Below, piece after piece: positions 20,021-29,164 of a stretch of 64,000 bases of DNA. The stretch's first letter is position 1, and every line of letters starts with the position of its first letter. Source of the stretch: a bacterium. GTDB taxonomy: Bacteria > Patescibacteriota > Patescibacteriia > HK-STAS-PATE-3. A program made the position numbers and the translations under genes. The DNA is taken from positions 68,065 through 132,064 of the forward strand of contig JAZDMR010000015.1 in assembly GCA_043800725.1 (NCBI GenBank). Direction: 5' to 3'. Under the pieces are notes generated by a model. That model was not told where the DNA came from and did no database searches. It was given only the letters and a program-made list of their open reading frames with translations.

Positions 20021-21030
20021 CCATCGCTTTATTAACAGGGACCTACTCAAAGTTTTCCGGTATTGACCGGGTTGTTGAGAGGCAGGCCGATCAGCTGATC
20101 CGGGAAGGCCATCAGGTTACCGTGGTTTGTTTTGACGGAGACATCCAGTCAGATCGCTATCGGATTATTAAACTGGGCATGCCCAATTCTTTGTTAGGAC
20201 AGAGAATATATCGATTGTGTATTTTTTGCCTGTCACCCAAGGCGATATCCAAAGCAATGACCGAGATTAGAAAAGTTGATAAGGTTTACAGTCACCAATA
20301 TCCCATGAATTGTTTGGCTATAAGCATGAAACAGCAGTGGTCGACCAGGTATGTTTATTATAATCATGGGGTTCCGCCGGCAAGGTTTTTTTCAAGCAAT
20401 GCGGAAAAACTATACATTTGGATTTTTCGCTGGCTGACCAATCGATCTGTCAAAAAAGCCGATGAAGTTATTTCAATCAGCCAGTATTTGCGCGATGTGC
20501 TGAAAAAAGAAACGAACCTGGATTCCCGGGTTATGCCTGATCAAATTGACGAGGTTCGTTTCAACAAAAATATCACTGACCAGTCAATTAGACAAAAGCT
20601 GTCTTTGGGTGACGGCCCGGTATTTTTAAGCGTGGGTAGAATTTCGCCGCATAAAGGTTGGCATCTTTTAATAAGTGCCTTTAATCAAGTGAAGCAGCAA
20701 TTGCTCAAGGCGCAATTAATCATAGTGGGAAAACCCACCTTTCCCGGATATCTGGACAAATTAAAAAAGATGTCCCAAGGAAGCGTGCATTTTGTTGGTT
20801 TTGTTTCGGATGAAGACTTACCAAAATATTATTCCAGCTGCGACTGCTATGTCACGGCTAGCTTATGGGAAGGATTTAATCTGCCTTTGGCTGAGGCTCA
20901 GGCTATGGGCAAGCCAGTAGTGGCTTTTAATCTGGGGCCGCATCCGGAGGTGGCAAAAAATGGTTTACTGGTAGAGCCTTTGAATACTGAGGCTTTTGCC
21001 CAGGCAATGATTCAACAGATTAAAAAATAA
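20017..21030 (+). CDS. glycosyltransferase family 4
   Basis: VGRISPHKGWHLL...WEGFNLPLAEAQAMGKPVVAFNLGPHPEV. Confidence 0.75.
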   Translation: MTIALLTGTYSKFSGIDRVVERQADQLIREGHQVTVVCFDGDIQSDRYRIIKLGMPNSLLGQRIYRLCIFCLSPKAISKAMTEIRKVDKVYSHQYPMNCLAISMKQQWSTRYVYYNHGVPPARFFSSNAEKLYIWIFRWLTNRSVKKADEVISISQYLRDVLKKETNLDSRVMPDQIDEVRFNKNITDQSIRQKLSLGDGPVFLSVGRISPHKGWHLLISAFNQVKQQLLKAQLIIVGKPTFPGYLDKLKKMSQGSVHFVGFVSDEDLPKYYSSCDCYVTASLWEGFNLPLAEAQAMGKPVVAFNLGPHPEVAKNGLLVEPLNTEAFAQAMIQQIKK

Positions 21031-22110
21031 ATGACTGATAAAATCCTAATTATTAGCCCAAGCTTCCCGCCCTTTTCTAGCGGTGCGGCAATTTATTATT
21101 CCAGCATTCTTCAGGGGAACAAAAATAAAGAATCTATTATTACGCTTACCACCAGGTCAGAAAAGTTTATCGAGCCGGATGAGCATATTTTAATATATCG
21201 AGTAATTCCCAATTTTATTGAAAAAAATATATTTCTTAGATTATTGATTTTACCTTGGATGACTTTAATGCAGGTTTCTAGACTAAAGATAAAACATAAA
21301 ATTACGCATTTACAGGCCCACTCTAGTACCGCTATCACTCTGGGGGCAATTTTCGCCAGTAGATTATTTAATATCCCGATTACCTATGATGTCCAAGATT
21401 GCCAGGCTCCCATCAGAATATTGAAGCTAGGCTATCAGCCTAGGTATTTATGCACTGGCAACTATGTGGCCGAGCTATTAAAGCAAAAAGGGATAAACCA
21501 AACCAAAATAAAAATAGTACCGACTTTGCCGCCCGGTATCTTGCCGGAAAAGCCGTTACCCTTAAAACAGCAAATATTTGTATTTGTCGGACAGCTGAAC
21601 ATCAAAGGCAAGGGGATTGATATTCTGCTAAAAAGTTTTGGGCTTTTATTGCATGATTATCCGCAGGCAAAATTATGGATAATCGGACAGGGACGCGACA
21701 GAAAAAAAATTGTCCAATTAATTTATTTAGCCGGAATTGGGCCAAACATTACCATGTTTGACAATATGCCTTTAGATAAAACGCTAGATAGAATAAGCCA
21801 AGCTAGCGCTCTAATACTTCCCTCACGAAGCGAAGCGCAGCCCAGGGTAATTGTCGAGGCTTTTGCTGCAGGAACGCTGGTCATTGCCACGCGGGTAGGA
21901 GGAATTCCAGAGCTAATGGGCAAGTCGGAAAGAGGCGTATTAATAGAACTGAATGACATATACGGACTTCATAAGGCTATGATCGATGTTTTAAAAAATC
22001 CTGAACAATACCAGTCAGCGATCCGGGCAGGCAAGCAATATGTGGCTGGATTACCCAGCTGGTCCGAGCTTCAGAAGCAGATCTGGGAATTTGTTGTTCG
22101 AAACGTTTAA
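21031..22110 (+). CDS. glycosyltransferase family 4
   Basis: PSRSEAQPRVIVEAFAAGTLVIATRVGGIPELM. Confidence 0.7.
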   Translation: MTDKILIISPSFPPFSSGAAIYYSSILQGNKNKESIITLTTRSEKFIEPDEHILIYRVIPNFIEKNIFLRLLILPWMTLMQVSRLKIKHKITHLQAHSSTAITLGAIFASRLFNIPITYDVQDCQAPIRILKLGYQPRYLCTGNYVAELLKQKGINQTKIKIVPTLPPGILPEKPLPLKQQIFVFVGQLNIKGKGIDILLKSFGLLLHDYPQAKLWIIGQGRDRKKIVQLIYLAGIGPNITMFDNMPLDKTLDRISQASALILPSRSEAQPRVIVEAFAAGTLVIATRVGGIPELMGKSERGVLIELNDIYGLHKAMIDVLKNPEQYQSAIRAGKQYVAGLPSWSELQKQIWEFVVRNV

Positions 22111-22113
22111 ATC

Positions 22114-22296
22114 ATGGAAGTACTTTATTGGCCAGCTCAAAAAATCGAATTATTTTTAAACTGGCTGAGTCCAGACAGCCTGCAATCATTTATTCCGTTG
22201 ATTAGCTTGGTGCTTGGTGTAATCGTTGATGCTGTGCTGGCGTACTGGCTGCTGGTATGGCTTTTTAATACCGGAAAACCTGGTAATAAGGAATAG
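22114..22296 (+). CDS. small membrane protein (hypothetical)
   Basis: 60-aa hydrophobic ORF. Its 3' end overlaps the convergent gene 22265..23797, so it may not be real. Confidence 0.2.
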   Translation: MEVLYWPAQKIELFLNWLSPDSLQSFIPLISLVLGVIVDAVLAYWLLVWLFNTGKPGNKE

Positions 22297-23797
22297 CCTC
22301 GGATAGACCAGGCACTTGGACAGAGCGCTGACTGGCATAAACAGGTGTAAATAAATTTCTATCCTGGAACTTTTGTAGTTTTTCAAGTGAGTAATACTGG
22401 TATGTCCAATGAGAAATTACTATATAATCAAATTCATTTTTATTAAGAAAATCTTGAGATTGATCAGAGTCGCCCAGTATTACTTGTGAGACAATCGGCC
22501 AGTCTCTGGTATCGGCCACTCTCAAATTGGTTAATTCAAAACTATTCATGGGCGTTAAACCCCCCAGGGTTGACAAATACAGCAAGCTGATAGGATCTGA
22601 TATCACTTTTCCAGGCGCAAGTAGCGATTTTATGTTTGTCAGCTCAATAACTTCGTCAGGATCAAGCGGATCACTTAGAGGGGCATGCTGATCAGATAAT
22701 AAATTTGTAATCATTGGGGGAATAATAACCAAAATCAGTAACAACCAAATTAATGATTTTGATAATCTGGACGAATTAAACGTATTTATCAGAAAAGCGG
22801 CTCCCAAGCCAACCAAGGCTGATATTGGAATAATTAAAAGCATAAAGTTGCGTTCTGGCAAAAAGGAATAACCGCCAAACTCTTGAGCGGAAAAAAGTGC
22901 GGCTGTTATTAACCAGCATAATAAGATTACTTGGTTAAAAGCAAGTTTCTTTTGTGCGGTAGAGAGAATTAAAGCAATAAATCCAAGCCCTGATAAAATT
23001 ATGATTGCCGGAGTGAATATTTCAGAGACCAGTGCGATAAAACTATTAGTAGATGTTTGAAAAGAACTATCGCTTGGATTAATGGGAAAAGAGCTGGTAA
23101 ATACTGCCGTATAATTTAATAGTAAAAAAATACCACTCGCCAGAAAAATTGCGCCCAAATAATTAAGATATTTATTTTGTTTAGTATGGATTAATCCCAA
23201 AATACAAAACAGCACCAACAGACCCAAGAAAAAAGGTGCCGAGGGTATATGATTTCCCCAGATGGCGATTATGGCAATCAACAGAAAAAAGTAATCGGCT
23301 ATTTTGTGTTTTGTGTTTTTTAATAGAATTATTATTGTGGAAAATAATAAGATTAAAGCAAACAAGCGAGGCAATAAGTAAACAAAACCGGAATCAAAAA
23401 ATAATAAAAATGATGCAGCCGTTGCCAGGATGGAAAAGTTGGATTTGAGATAATATTTCAGCAACAAGTAGATTAAAATGGTCCAGATCAGAGAAAACAA
23501 GACATTAAAAATTGGGTAAAAAGAAGCCAAATCCAATGCTGACCAATTGGCAATAGCCGCCGAAGTTAAATGAAAAAAACTGCCATAGCTATAATGGGTT
23601 AAATTATCATTGGTGGGGGAGTAGGTCGGAATTGAATTAGTATCGATTATTTCCTGGCTAAACCAGGTATGAAACAATAAATCGCCGCCTTGTTGATAAG
23701 GTGCTTTGGCGATAACCACCAGATGCAGCGCTAAAACAAGCAATAAAAGACCGATAAGACCCAGGTGTTTGAAGGTTTTTGATAGTAGTAAGCTCAT
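22265..23797 (-). CDS. polytopic membrane protein with C-terminal extracytoplasmic domain (possible GT-C-like glycosyltransferase)
   Basis: About 12 TM helices in the first 370 aa, then a ~140-aa soluble domain. Glycosylation-cluster context. Confidence 0.5.
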   Translation of the reverse strand: MSLLLSKTFKHLGLIGLLLLVLALHLVVIAKAPYQQGGDLLFHTWFSQEIIDTNSIPTYSPTNDNLTHYSYGSFFHLTSAAIANWSALDLASFYPIFNVLFSLIWTILIYLLLKYYLKSNFSILATAASFLLFFDSGFVYLLPRLFALILLFSTIIILLKNTKHKIADYFFLLIAIIAIWGNHIPSAPFFLGLLVLFCILGLIHTKQNKYLNYLGAIFLASGIFLLLNYTAVFTSSFPINPSDSSFQTSTNSFIALVSEIFTPAIIILSGLGFIALILSTAQKKLAFNQVILLCWLITAALFSAQEFGGYSFLPERNFMLLIIPISALVGLGAAFLINTFNSSRLSKSLIWLLLILVIIPPMITNLLSDQHAPLSDPLDPDEVIELTNIKSLLAPGKVISDPISLLYLSTLGGLTPMNSFELTNLRVADTRDWPIVSQVILGDSDQSQDFLNKNEFDYIVISHWTYQYYSLEKLQKFQDRNLFTPVYASQRSVQVPGLSEAIPYYQVFRY

Positions 23798-23841
23798 GCT
23801 ATGCTAAAGACTAGCATTGAATATTTAGACCGACAACACAC

Positions 23842-24921
23842 GTGAACAAGGTTCTCATAGTCCACAATCAGCTTCCTGAATACCGACGGCGCTTTTTTCA
23901 GCTATTAGGACATCTTTATAAGGTTGAGCTTTTTATCACTGAGCAAAAGCCGGATTCGTTCCAAAACGTTGAAGGAGTTGAAATTTGCCAAGATTCGGGA
24001 TTGGGCTTATCAGCCCTAAGAAAAAGGCTGGATAAAAAAGACTATCAAGCAGTAGTAACGGGAAATTGGGATACTTATAAAAGATTTATCGAATATTTGA
24101 CAGTTTGGTGGAAGTCACGGCGCATGGGGATTCCTTGCGTAGTTTGGTCGGAAGAATGGCAGTGGCAGTTCAGCTTTGCGAGAAAAATGATGAGTCCGGT
24201 AATTGCTATAACAGTCAAACAAGTAGAAGCGGTGGTGGTACCAGGAGAGAGAAGTAAAAAACATTTTCTTAATATGGGTGTGCTGGGATCAAGAGTATTC
24301 ACAGCTCCAAATGCCAGTCAATTGCCTACAAATTCAGAAGATATTTTACAGCCCGACAAGGTGCGGATTATTTGTTTAGCCAGATTTATTCCCAGGAAAG
24401 GAATTGATATTCTTTGCCGGGCTTTTTCTAAAATCGATTGCGACGCTCAGTTAGTGCTGATGGGTAATGATGATCCGGATCATCCTGGTTATCGGGAAAA
24501 AATTCAATCACTGGTCAATCAGCTAGGAATGACTGAGCGAGTAATAATCAGCCATGCACCATCGAATAGAAGCGAAATGGCCGTAGAAATCTCAAAAGGC
24601 AGCATTGTGGTGGTGCCTTCATTAAATAAGCCAATGGGTGAGCCCTGGGGACTTATTGTCAACGAAGCTATGCAATTAAGCAAGCCGATAATTGTCAGTG
24701 ATGCCGTGGGGTCAGGGGAAGACTTGGTGCAGCATGGAGTAAATGGTTTTGTGGTGCCTGCCGGTCAGGTAGAACCTCTGGCCAAAGCGATAGAGAAAAT
24801 TTGCAGTAATGAATCTTTAATCAAAGTATATGGCAAGCGGTCTAAAGAAATAATTGCATTGAACAGTTATAACGGGATGGCAGAGGGCTTTAGTAAAGCA
24901 TTGGATAAGGTCTTATCTTGA
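23842..24921 (+). CDS. glycosyltransferase family 4
   Basis: PSLNKPMGEPWGLIVNEAMQLSKPIIVSDAVGSGEDLVQHGVNGFVV. Confidence 0.7.
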   Translation: MNKVLIVHNQLPEYRRRFFQLLGHLYKVELFITEQKPDSFQNVEGVEICQDSGLGLSALRKRLDKKDYQAVVTGNWDTYKRFIEYLTVWWKSRRMGIPCVVWSEEWQWQFSFARKMMSPVIAITVKQVEAVVVPGERSKKHFLNMGVLGSRVFTAPNASQLPTNSEDILQPDKVRIICLARFIPRKGIDILCRAFSKIDCDAQLVLMGNDDPDHPGYREKIQSLVNQLGMTERVIISHAPSNRSEMAVEISKGSIVVVPSLNKPMGEPWGLIVNEAMQLSKPIIVSDAVGSGEDLVQHGVNGFVVPAGQVEPLAKAIEKICSNESLIKVYGKRSKEIIALNSYNGMAEGFSKALDKVLS

Positions 24922-24955
24922 TTAAAGCAATTAAAAAAATCAGGCGATATAAATA

Positions 24956-25222
24956 ACTTCTAACTGACTTTAGTTAGGGATGTTTAAACTATACTAACGC
25001 CACTTAAGTGGCTTGGAAAGTATTCAAACTGCTTTCTCCGCCATTTAGCGGTGGTATTTAGAAAATAGCCTTCAAACTGACTTTAGTCAGGTGGGCTGAA
25101 AATTATACTAACGCCACTTAAGTGGCTAAGAAGATTATTTTAGTTTGACTTTTTGTTCAAATAGCAGTGGTAGTCAGGAAGTTACTTTCTAACTGACTTT
25201 AGTCAGGTGGGCTTAATTATTG
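24956..25222. repeat. array of ~120-bp REP-like palindromic repeat units (2 full units plus a partial unit that overlaps the RAYT gene 3' end)
   Basis: Units contain perfect palindromes ctgacTTTAgtcag and gccactTAagtggc. The same units recur at 25823..26215. Confidence 0.6.
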
Positions 25223-25721
25223 CTTCATAATCAAGAGAAATAACTGATTTAATATATTCATCCACGGTTATTTTGTCTAATCTTTTTATTAGAGATTGAT
25301 AACTAGAAAAAGGATAATTTTCTAGTTCTATTAAAGTTTTAACTTCTTTATGTTTTAATGGATTACCGACAACATAACCTCTAATTTTAGCAAGTAGCTC
25401 ATCGTTCTTGATTAAGTAAATATGATATTCTCCCCATACTGGTTTTTTGTTGCTGGTCATTTTATTCAGACTATAAGCAGATCCCCCATTAATTAATTTT
25501 AGTATCTTTGGGATAGTATTGCCTACTTTGAAATATGAAATTAAATGATAGTGGTTAGAGATGATACTAAAATCAAAATCAGAAAGTTGAAAACTCGACT
25601 GTATCTCACTCAGCCTAGATAAAATAATAGATTTTTTCTCAAAAGTGTTAAAAAATTTAGTATGATGAGTAGTTGGTACTGTAATGAAGTAATATGAATT
25701 ATCTGAAAATAATCTAGACAT
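25203..25721 (-). CDS. IS200-like / REP-associated tyrosine transposase (RAYT, HuH Y1 family)
   Basis: YYFITVPT, HuH motif NHYHLI, and a C-terminal PVWGEYHIYLIKNDELLAKIRGYVVGNPLKH block with the catalytic Tyr region. It is flanked on both sides by hairpin repeat arrays and has ~28% GC. Confidence 0.65.
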   Translation of the reverse strand: MSRLFSDNSYYFITVPTTHHTKFFNTFEKKSIILSRLSEIQSSFQLSDFDFSIISNHYHLISYFKVGNTIPKILKLINGGSAYSLNKMTSNKKPVWGEYHIYLIKNDELLAKIRGYVVGNPLKHKEVKTLIELENYPFSSYQSLIKRLDKITVDEYIKSVISLDYEAIIKPT

Positions 25722-25822
25722 ACGATGTAAGATAAAAATATTATTTATAATATTATATTAAAGTATTGTCTTATTCGCCTTTATTATGCAGATTTAATTT
25801 TATAGGGCTGTGCCTTATATAC

Positions 25823-26215
25823 CCCTACGCCACTTAAGTGGCTTGGAAAGTATTCAAACTGCTTTCTCCGCCATTTAGCGGTGGTATTTAGAAAATAGCC
25901 TTCTAACTGACTTTCCCGCTACAGCTGTTTTTGAAAATAATAGTGGGACCTCCCGCTCTAGCGGGACCCCGCTCTCCTAAAAGTATATAGCTCTGTGGCG
26001 GTGGCCGCTTCGCGGTGGCAGTCAGATGGGCTTAAAATTATACTAACGCCACTTAAGTGGCTAAGAAGATTATTTTAGTTTGACTTTTTGTTCAAATAGC
26101 AGTGGTAGTCAGGAAGTTACTTTCTAACTGACTTTAGTCAGGTGGGCTTAAATTATGCTTATGCTACTGAAAGTGGCTAGGAAAATTCTTAAGTCAGGAA
26201 AGCTAAGGCTTTAAA
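25823..26215. repeat. REP-like repeat array, second copy, containing a 106-nt GC-rich insertion (25915..26020) inside the ctgac/gtcag hairpin loop
   Basis: Near-identical to 24990..25222 except for the inserted block, which carries its own palindromes (tcccgcTCTAgcggga, ccgcTTCgcgg). Confidence 0.6.
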
Positions 26216-26233
26216 AAATAACCTTATCTTGAT

Positions 26234-27121
26234 TCAGGCAATCAGGAAAATTCCGGAGATTATTAAAAAAATCGCAATAAATTTTTGTGCTGCAATTTTA
26301 CGATTTACTTGCTCAGTTAAAAAATTCGGTTTCCATTTTGATAGAATTATTGTCCATAAAAAAACAAACAAATACTGGATAGTAACAACTGAAGAGGCCA
26401 AGGAGACAAACCAAACTGATACGGCTAAGGTAAAAAGAACAGATGCAATTTGGGAGTTAGTTTCAGAAAGAGTATAAAGCCAGGCTCCTTTCCAGCCTTT
26501 AATTTTTAATGTTTGGTTAAATGATTTTATGTGACGATGAAATAATATTAATCCCAAGAAGCCGGCAAAAAAGGTAAACCAGGCATAGACTGTCCAAAAT
26601 GAGTAAAATTCAAGCAGATATTTGCTAAGGATGTTGTAAATGGCCACGGATAAGGCAGAAATAATCATCAAGCCCAAAGCCCTGCTTCTTAATAAAGCAG
26701 CCAGGCTTTGCTTAAACATGATTAATAAGGAGCCAATTACGATAATGGCAATGCCCAGATAGACTTGAAAAGAAAATATCTCGTGTAAAAAAATTGCGCC
26801 AAAAATTGTTACAAAAACTGGAACCAAAGCAAACAAAGGAACCACCCGTGACATTTCTTCAATCTTAGCAGAGGCAAAATAAGTATAGCCCATGACTAAC
26901 CAGAAAATTGCAGCCGTGATCATCAATAACTTGTGTTCAATTAAAATTGGCTCTTGGAAAAAGAACAGAACAGTTCCGCCGAAGATAATATGAATTATGC
27001 TGACCAAAACGTAAAGCTGGCCAATATTGGTGAGATGTTTAGTGACGACAGTTTTATCCAGGATATTGGTAATTGACCAAAGAAAGCCAGATACCAGCGA
27101 TAAAATAAGTCCCAGGGTCAT
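26234..27121 (-). CDS. EamA/DMT-family transporter
   Basis: 295 aa with 10 TM helices in two 5-TM halves. Confidence 0.65.
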   Translation of the reverse strand: MTLGLILSLVSGFLWSITNILDKTVVTKHLTNIGQLYVLVSIIHIIFGGTVLFFFQEPILIEHKLLMITAAIFWLVMGYTYFASAKIEEMSRVVPLFALVPVFVTIFGAIFLHEIFSFQVYLGIAIIVIGSLLIMFKQSLAALLRSRALGLMIISALSVAIYNILSKYLLEFYSFWTVYAWFTFFAGFLGLILFHRHIKSFNQTLKIKGWKGAWLYTLSETNSQIASVLFTLAVSVWFVSLASSVVTIQYLFVFLWTIILSKWKPNFLTEQVNRKIAAQKFIAIFLIISGIFLIA

Positions 27122-27126
27122 GGAGG

Positions 27127-27531
27127 TTATTTATTATTTACGATTGGTGAGACTGACTTACGTTTGACTATCCAAATCAAGCCGCCAATGACAATCAAGC
27201 CCAGAGTTGAAATAATGCTGGTACTGGTTGTTAGCGGTACGCCAACCTTGTTTAGCAAAAATAATAACAGCGGAACCAAAGCCATTGACAGGACAACTGA
27301 TAGAGCATAGCGTTCAATTGCGATAAAGGTTTTTTTGGGATAAAGCGCGCCCAGCCAAACATAGCCTGGCAAAAAAAGGACCATAAAAAAGCCGAACGAT
27401 AAACGAAAAGCTTGGCTAATCGGCAGCCAGATTAATGAGATTAGGGCGATCACCGAAAGTGCGATTACTACGCTTATTACCTGTTTCCAATAGTTGGTTG
27501 GTTGCTGATCCATACATTGCAAAATTACCAT
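27127..27531 (-). CDS. small 4-TM membrane protein (hypothetical)
   Basis: 134 aa. Its start codon overlaps the divergent start at 27530 (shared CATG). The true start is probably the internal Met at 27513. Confidence 0.4.
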   Translation of the reverse strand: MVILQCMDQQPTNYWKQVISVVIALSVIALISLIWLPISQAFRLSFGFFMVLFLPGYVWLGALYPKKTFIAIERYALSVVLSMALVPLLLFLLNKVGVPLTTSTSIISTLGLIVIGGLIWIVKRKSVSPIVNNK

Positions 27532-29158
27532 GTTGTTATCTAGAATGCAAAAAATTAAATCAGCTAATGTGTATATTTGGATAGCAGTGGTTTTGTTTGG
27601 CCTGGCCTTTATATTAGTTTACTCTTTGGGTTTCCGAGGGGCTGACCAGAAGTACGGCTCGCCCGATGAGACAGCCAATGCTTTTTTTGCTAAACAATTC
27701 GCCGATCAGGGCAGCTTTCGATTAGAAGAACCCTTGTTGCCAGTTTCGAATGGCCTGCTTCATCCCAGAAGCATGAAGGTTGTCGAAGGAGCGGTTGTGC
27801 CGGGCTCCTGGCTTGGCCTGCCCCTGATGTATGGTTTTTTAATCAAGTTTTTTAGTGCCGCTGCCTTGCCGTATCTCACGCTGGTATTTTCTTTTTTTGC
27901 AGGACTGGCTTTTTTTGCCTGGCTGAAAAGCTTGTTTAATAGAAAAATCGCCTTTGTCAGCGTCTTGCTATTTTTTATCCATCCAATATTTTGGTTTTAT
28001 AACAGCCGCCCTCTTTGGAACAATACATTGTTTGTAGATTTATTTATTATCAGTCTGGCAGCTTTTCACTTTTGGTTAAAAAATAAAAAATGGTATTGGG
28101 CTGCTCTTACCGGACTAGCCTTAGGCCTCACCTTAATAGTGCGTACCTCCGAAGCTGTTTGGGTGATTCTGGCTCTGGTAATATATTGGGCAGTCCAAAA
28201 AATTAGCTTACCTTGGAAACAGATTCTGATTGCCTTCGGAGTTGTAATTATTGTGTTTCTGCCGTTAGCTTATTATCAGCGAGACACCTATGGAAGCCTT
28301 CTTAGCACCGGATATACCATTGCTGACAATTATTATTCACCTATGAATGATAATCAGTCAGACCAGACAGGTTTTATAAGTCAGGCAGCTAGGGCAATAT
28401 TTCCGTTTGGTATTAAGCTTGAAGCATTGCGAGTATTTAGCGATTATCAATTGAAATATTTTGCCGGTTGGACAATATTTGGCTTGATTGGCTTGATGGC
28501 ATTATTAATGAGCAGCCTAAGAAAGCATTATAGTTCGCTATTGGGATTTAGCTTAATGGTTTTATTTATAAATGTTTGGCTGGTGCTGATGTACGGCAGT
28601 TTTCAGTTTAATGAATTTGCCGATCGATCGGCCCTGCTATTCGGTTCTTCGTATTTGAGATACTGGTTGCCGGGATTGATTTTACAGATCCCTTTGATGG
28701 TAATAGCCGTGGAGAAGATTGCTCAATTAGTAAAAGGTCGCTGGATAAAGGCCGTCGTGTTTTCTTTATTGATAATTAGCCTGGTCGCCTTCTCAGTATC
28801 AAAGGTGGTTTATGAGCCATTGTATGGGTTAAGTTTAAATAGAAGTGAAGCTGTTTCTGCCGAACAAGAAAATGAAAAATTAGTAGCTGCTTTTGTTGAG
28901 TCAAGATCAGTATTATTAGTAAAAGATAAAGATAAGGTATATTTTCCAAAATATCGAGTAATTGGCTATAATGATTTCACAGCGGAGCTTCAAGCAGCCT
29001 CAAATTCGTTAGAAACACAAGTGCCAATTTATTTGCTATCACGCGGACAGCTAGAAGTAGACTTAGCCAATAGACTGGCTGGTCAGACCAATAAACAGTG
29101 GCAGCTTGCCCTGCCATTACTTGATTCATACGGCCTTTATTTATTAAAAACCCTTTAG
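27530..29158 (+). CDS. GT-C-type membrane glycosyltransferase (ArnT/PMT-like)
   Basis: N-terminal loop SPDETANAFFAKQFADQGS (DE motif) after TM1, then more than 10 TM helices. The alternative start is Met at 27545. Confidence 0.5.
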   Translation: MLLSRMQKIKSANVYIWIAVVLFGLAFILVYSLGFRGADQKYGSPDETANAFFAKQFADQGSFRLEEPLLPVSNGLLHPRSMKVVEGAVVPGSWLGLPLMYGFLIKFFSAAALPYLTLVFSFFAGLAFFAWLKSLFNRKIAFVSVLLFFIHPIFWFYNSRPLWNNTLFVDLFIISLAAFHFWLKNKKWYWAALTGLALGLTLIVRTSEAVWVILALVIYWAVQKISLPWKQILIAFGVVIIVFLPLAYYQRDTYGSLLSTGYTIADNYYSPMNDNQSDQTGFISQAARAIFPFGIKLEALRVFSDYQLKYFAGWTIFGLIGLMALLMSSLRKHYSSLLGFSLMVLFINVWLVLMYGSFQFNEFADRSALLFGSSYLRYWLPGLILQIPLMVIAVEKIAQLVKGRWIKAVVFSLLIISLVAFSVSKVVYEPLYGLSLNRSEAVSAEQENEKLVAAFVESRSVLLVKDKDKVYFPKYRVIGYNDFTAELQAASNSLETQVPIYLLSRGQLEVDLANRLAGQTNKQWQLALPLLDSYGLYLLKTL

Positions 29159-29164
29159 TTTAAA

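Noticed and set aside
25915-26020. tmRNA, SRP RNA or RNase P RNA in the GC-rich insert
   Set aside because: It has none of the conserved motifs of those RNAs (no tRNA-like acceptor or T-arm, no SRP domain IV consensus). Hairpin-rich foreign repeat is the more economical reading.
24922-26233. Possible CRISPR array, suggested by repeated hairpin-containing units
   Set aside because: The units are ~120 bp, imperfect and contiguous without unique spacers of regular length. There are no cas genes. The adjacent gene is a Y1/HuH transposase. The region therefore fits REP/RAYT far better.
26229-26477. 82-aa + strand ORF
   Set aside because: It is entirely antisense to the 3' part of the well-supported EamA/DMT transporter gene (26234..27121) and has no features of its own.
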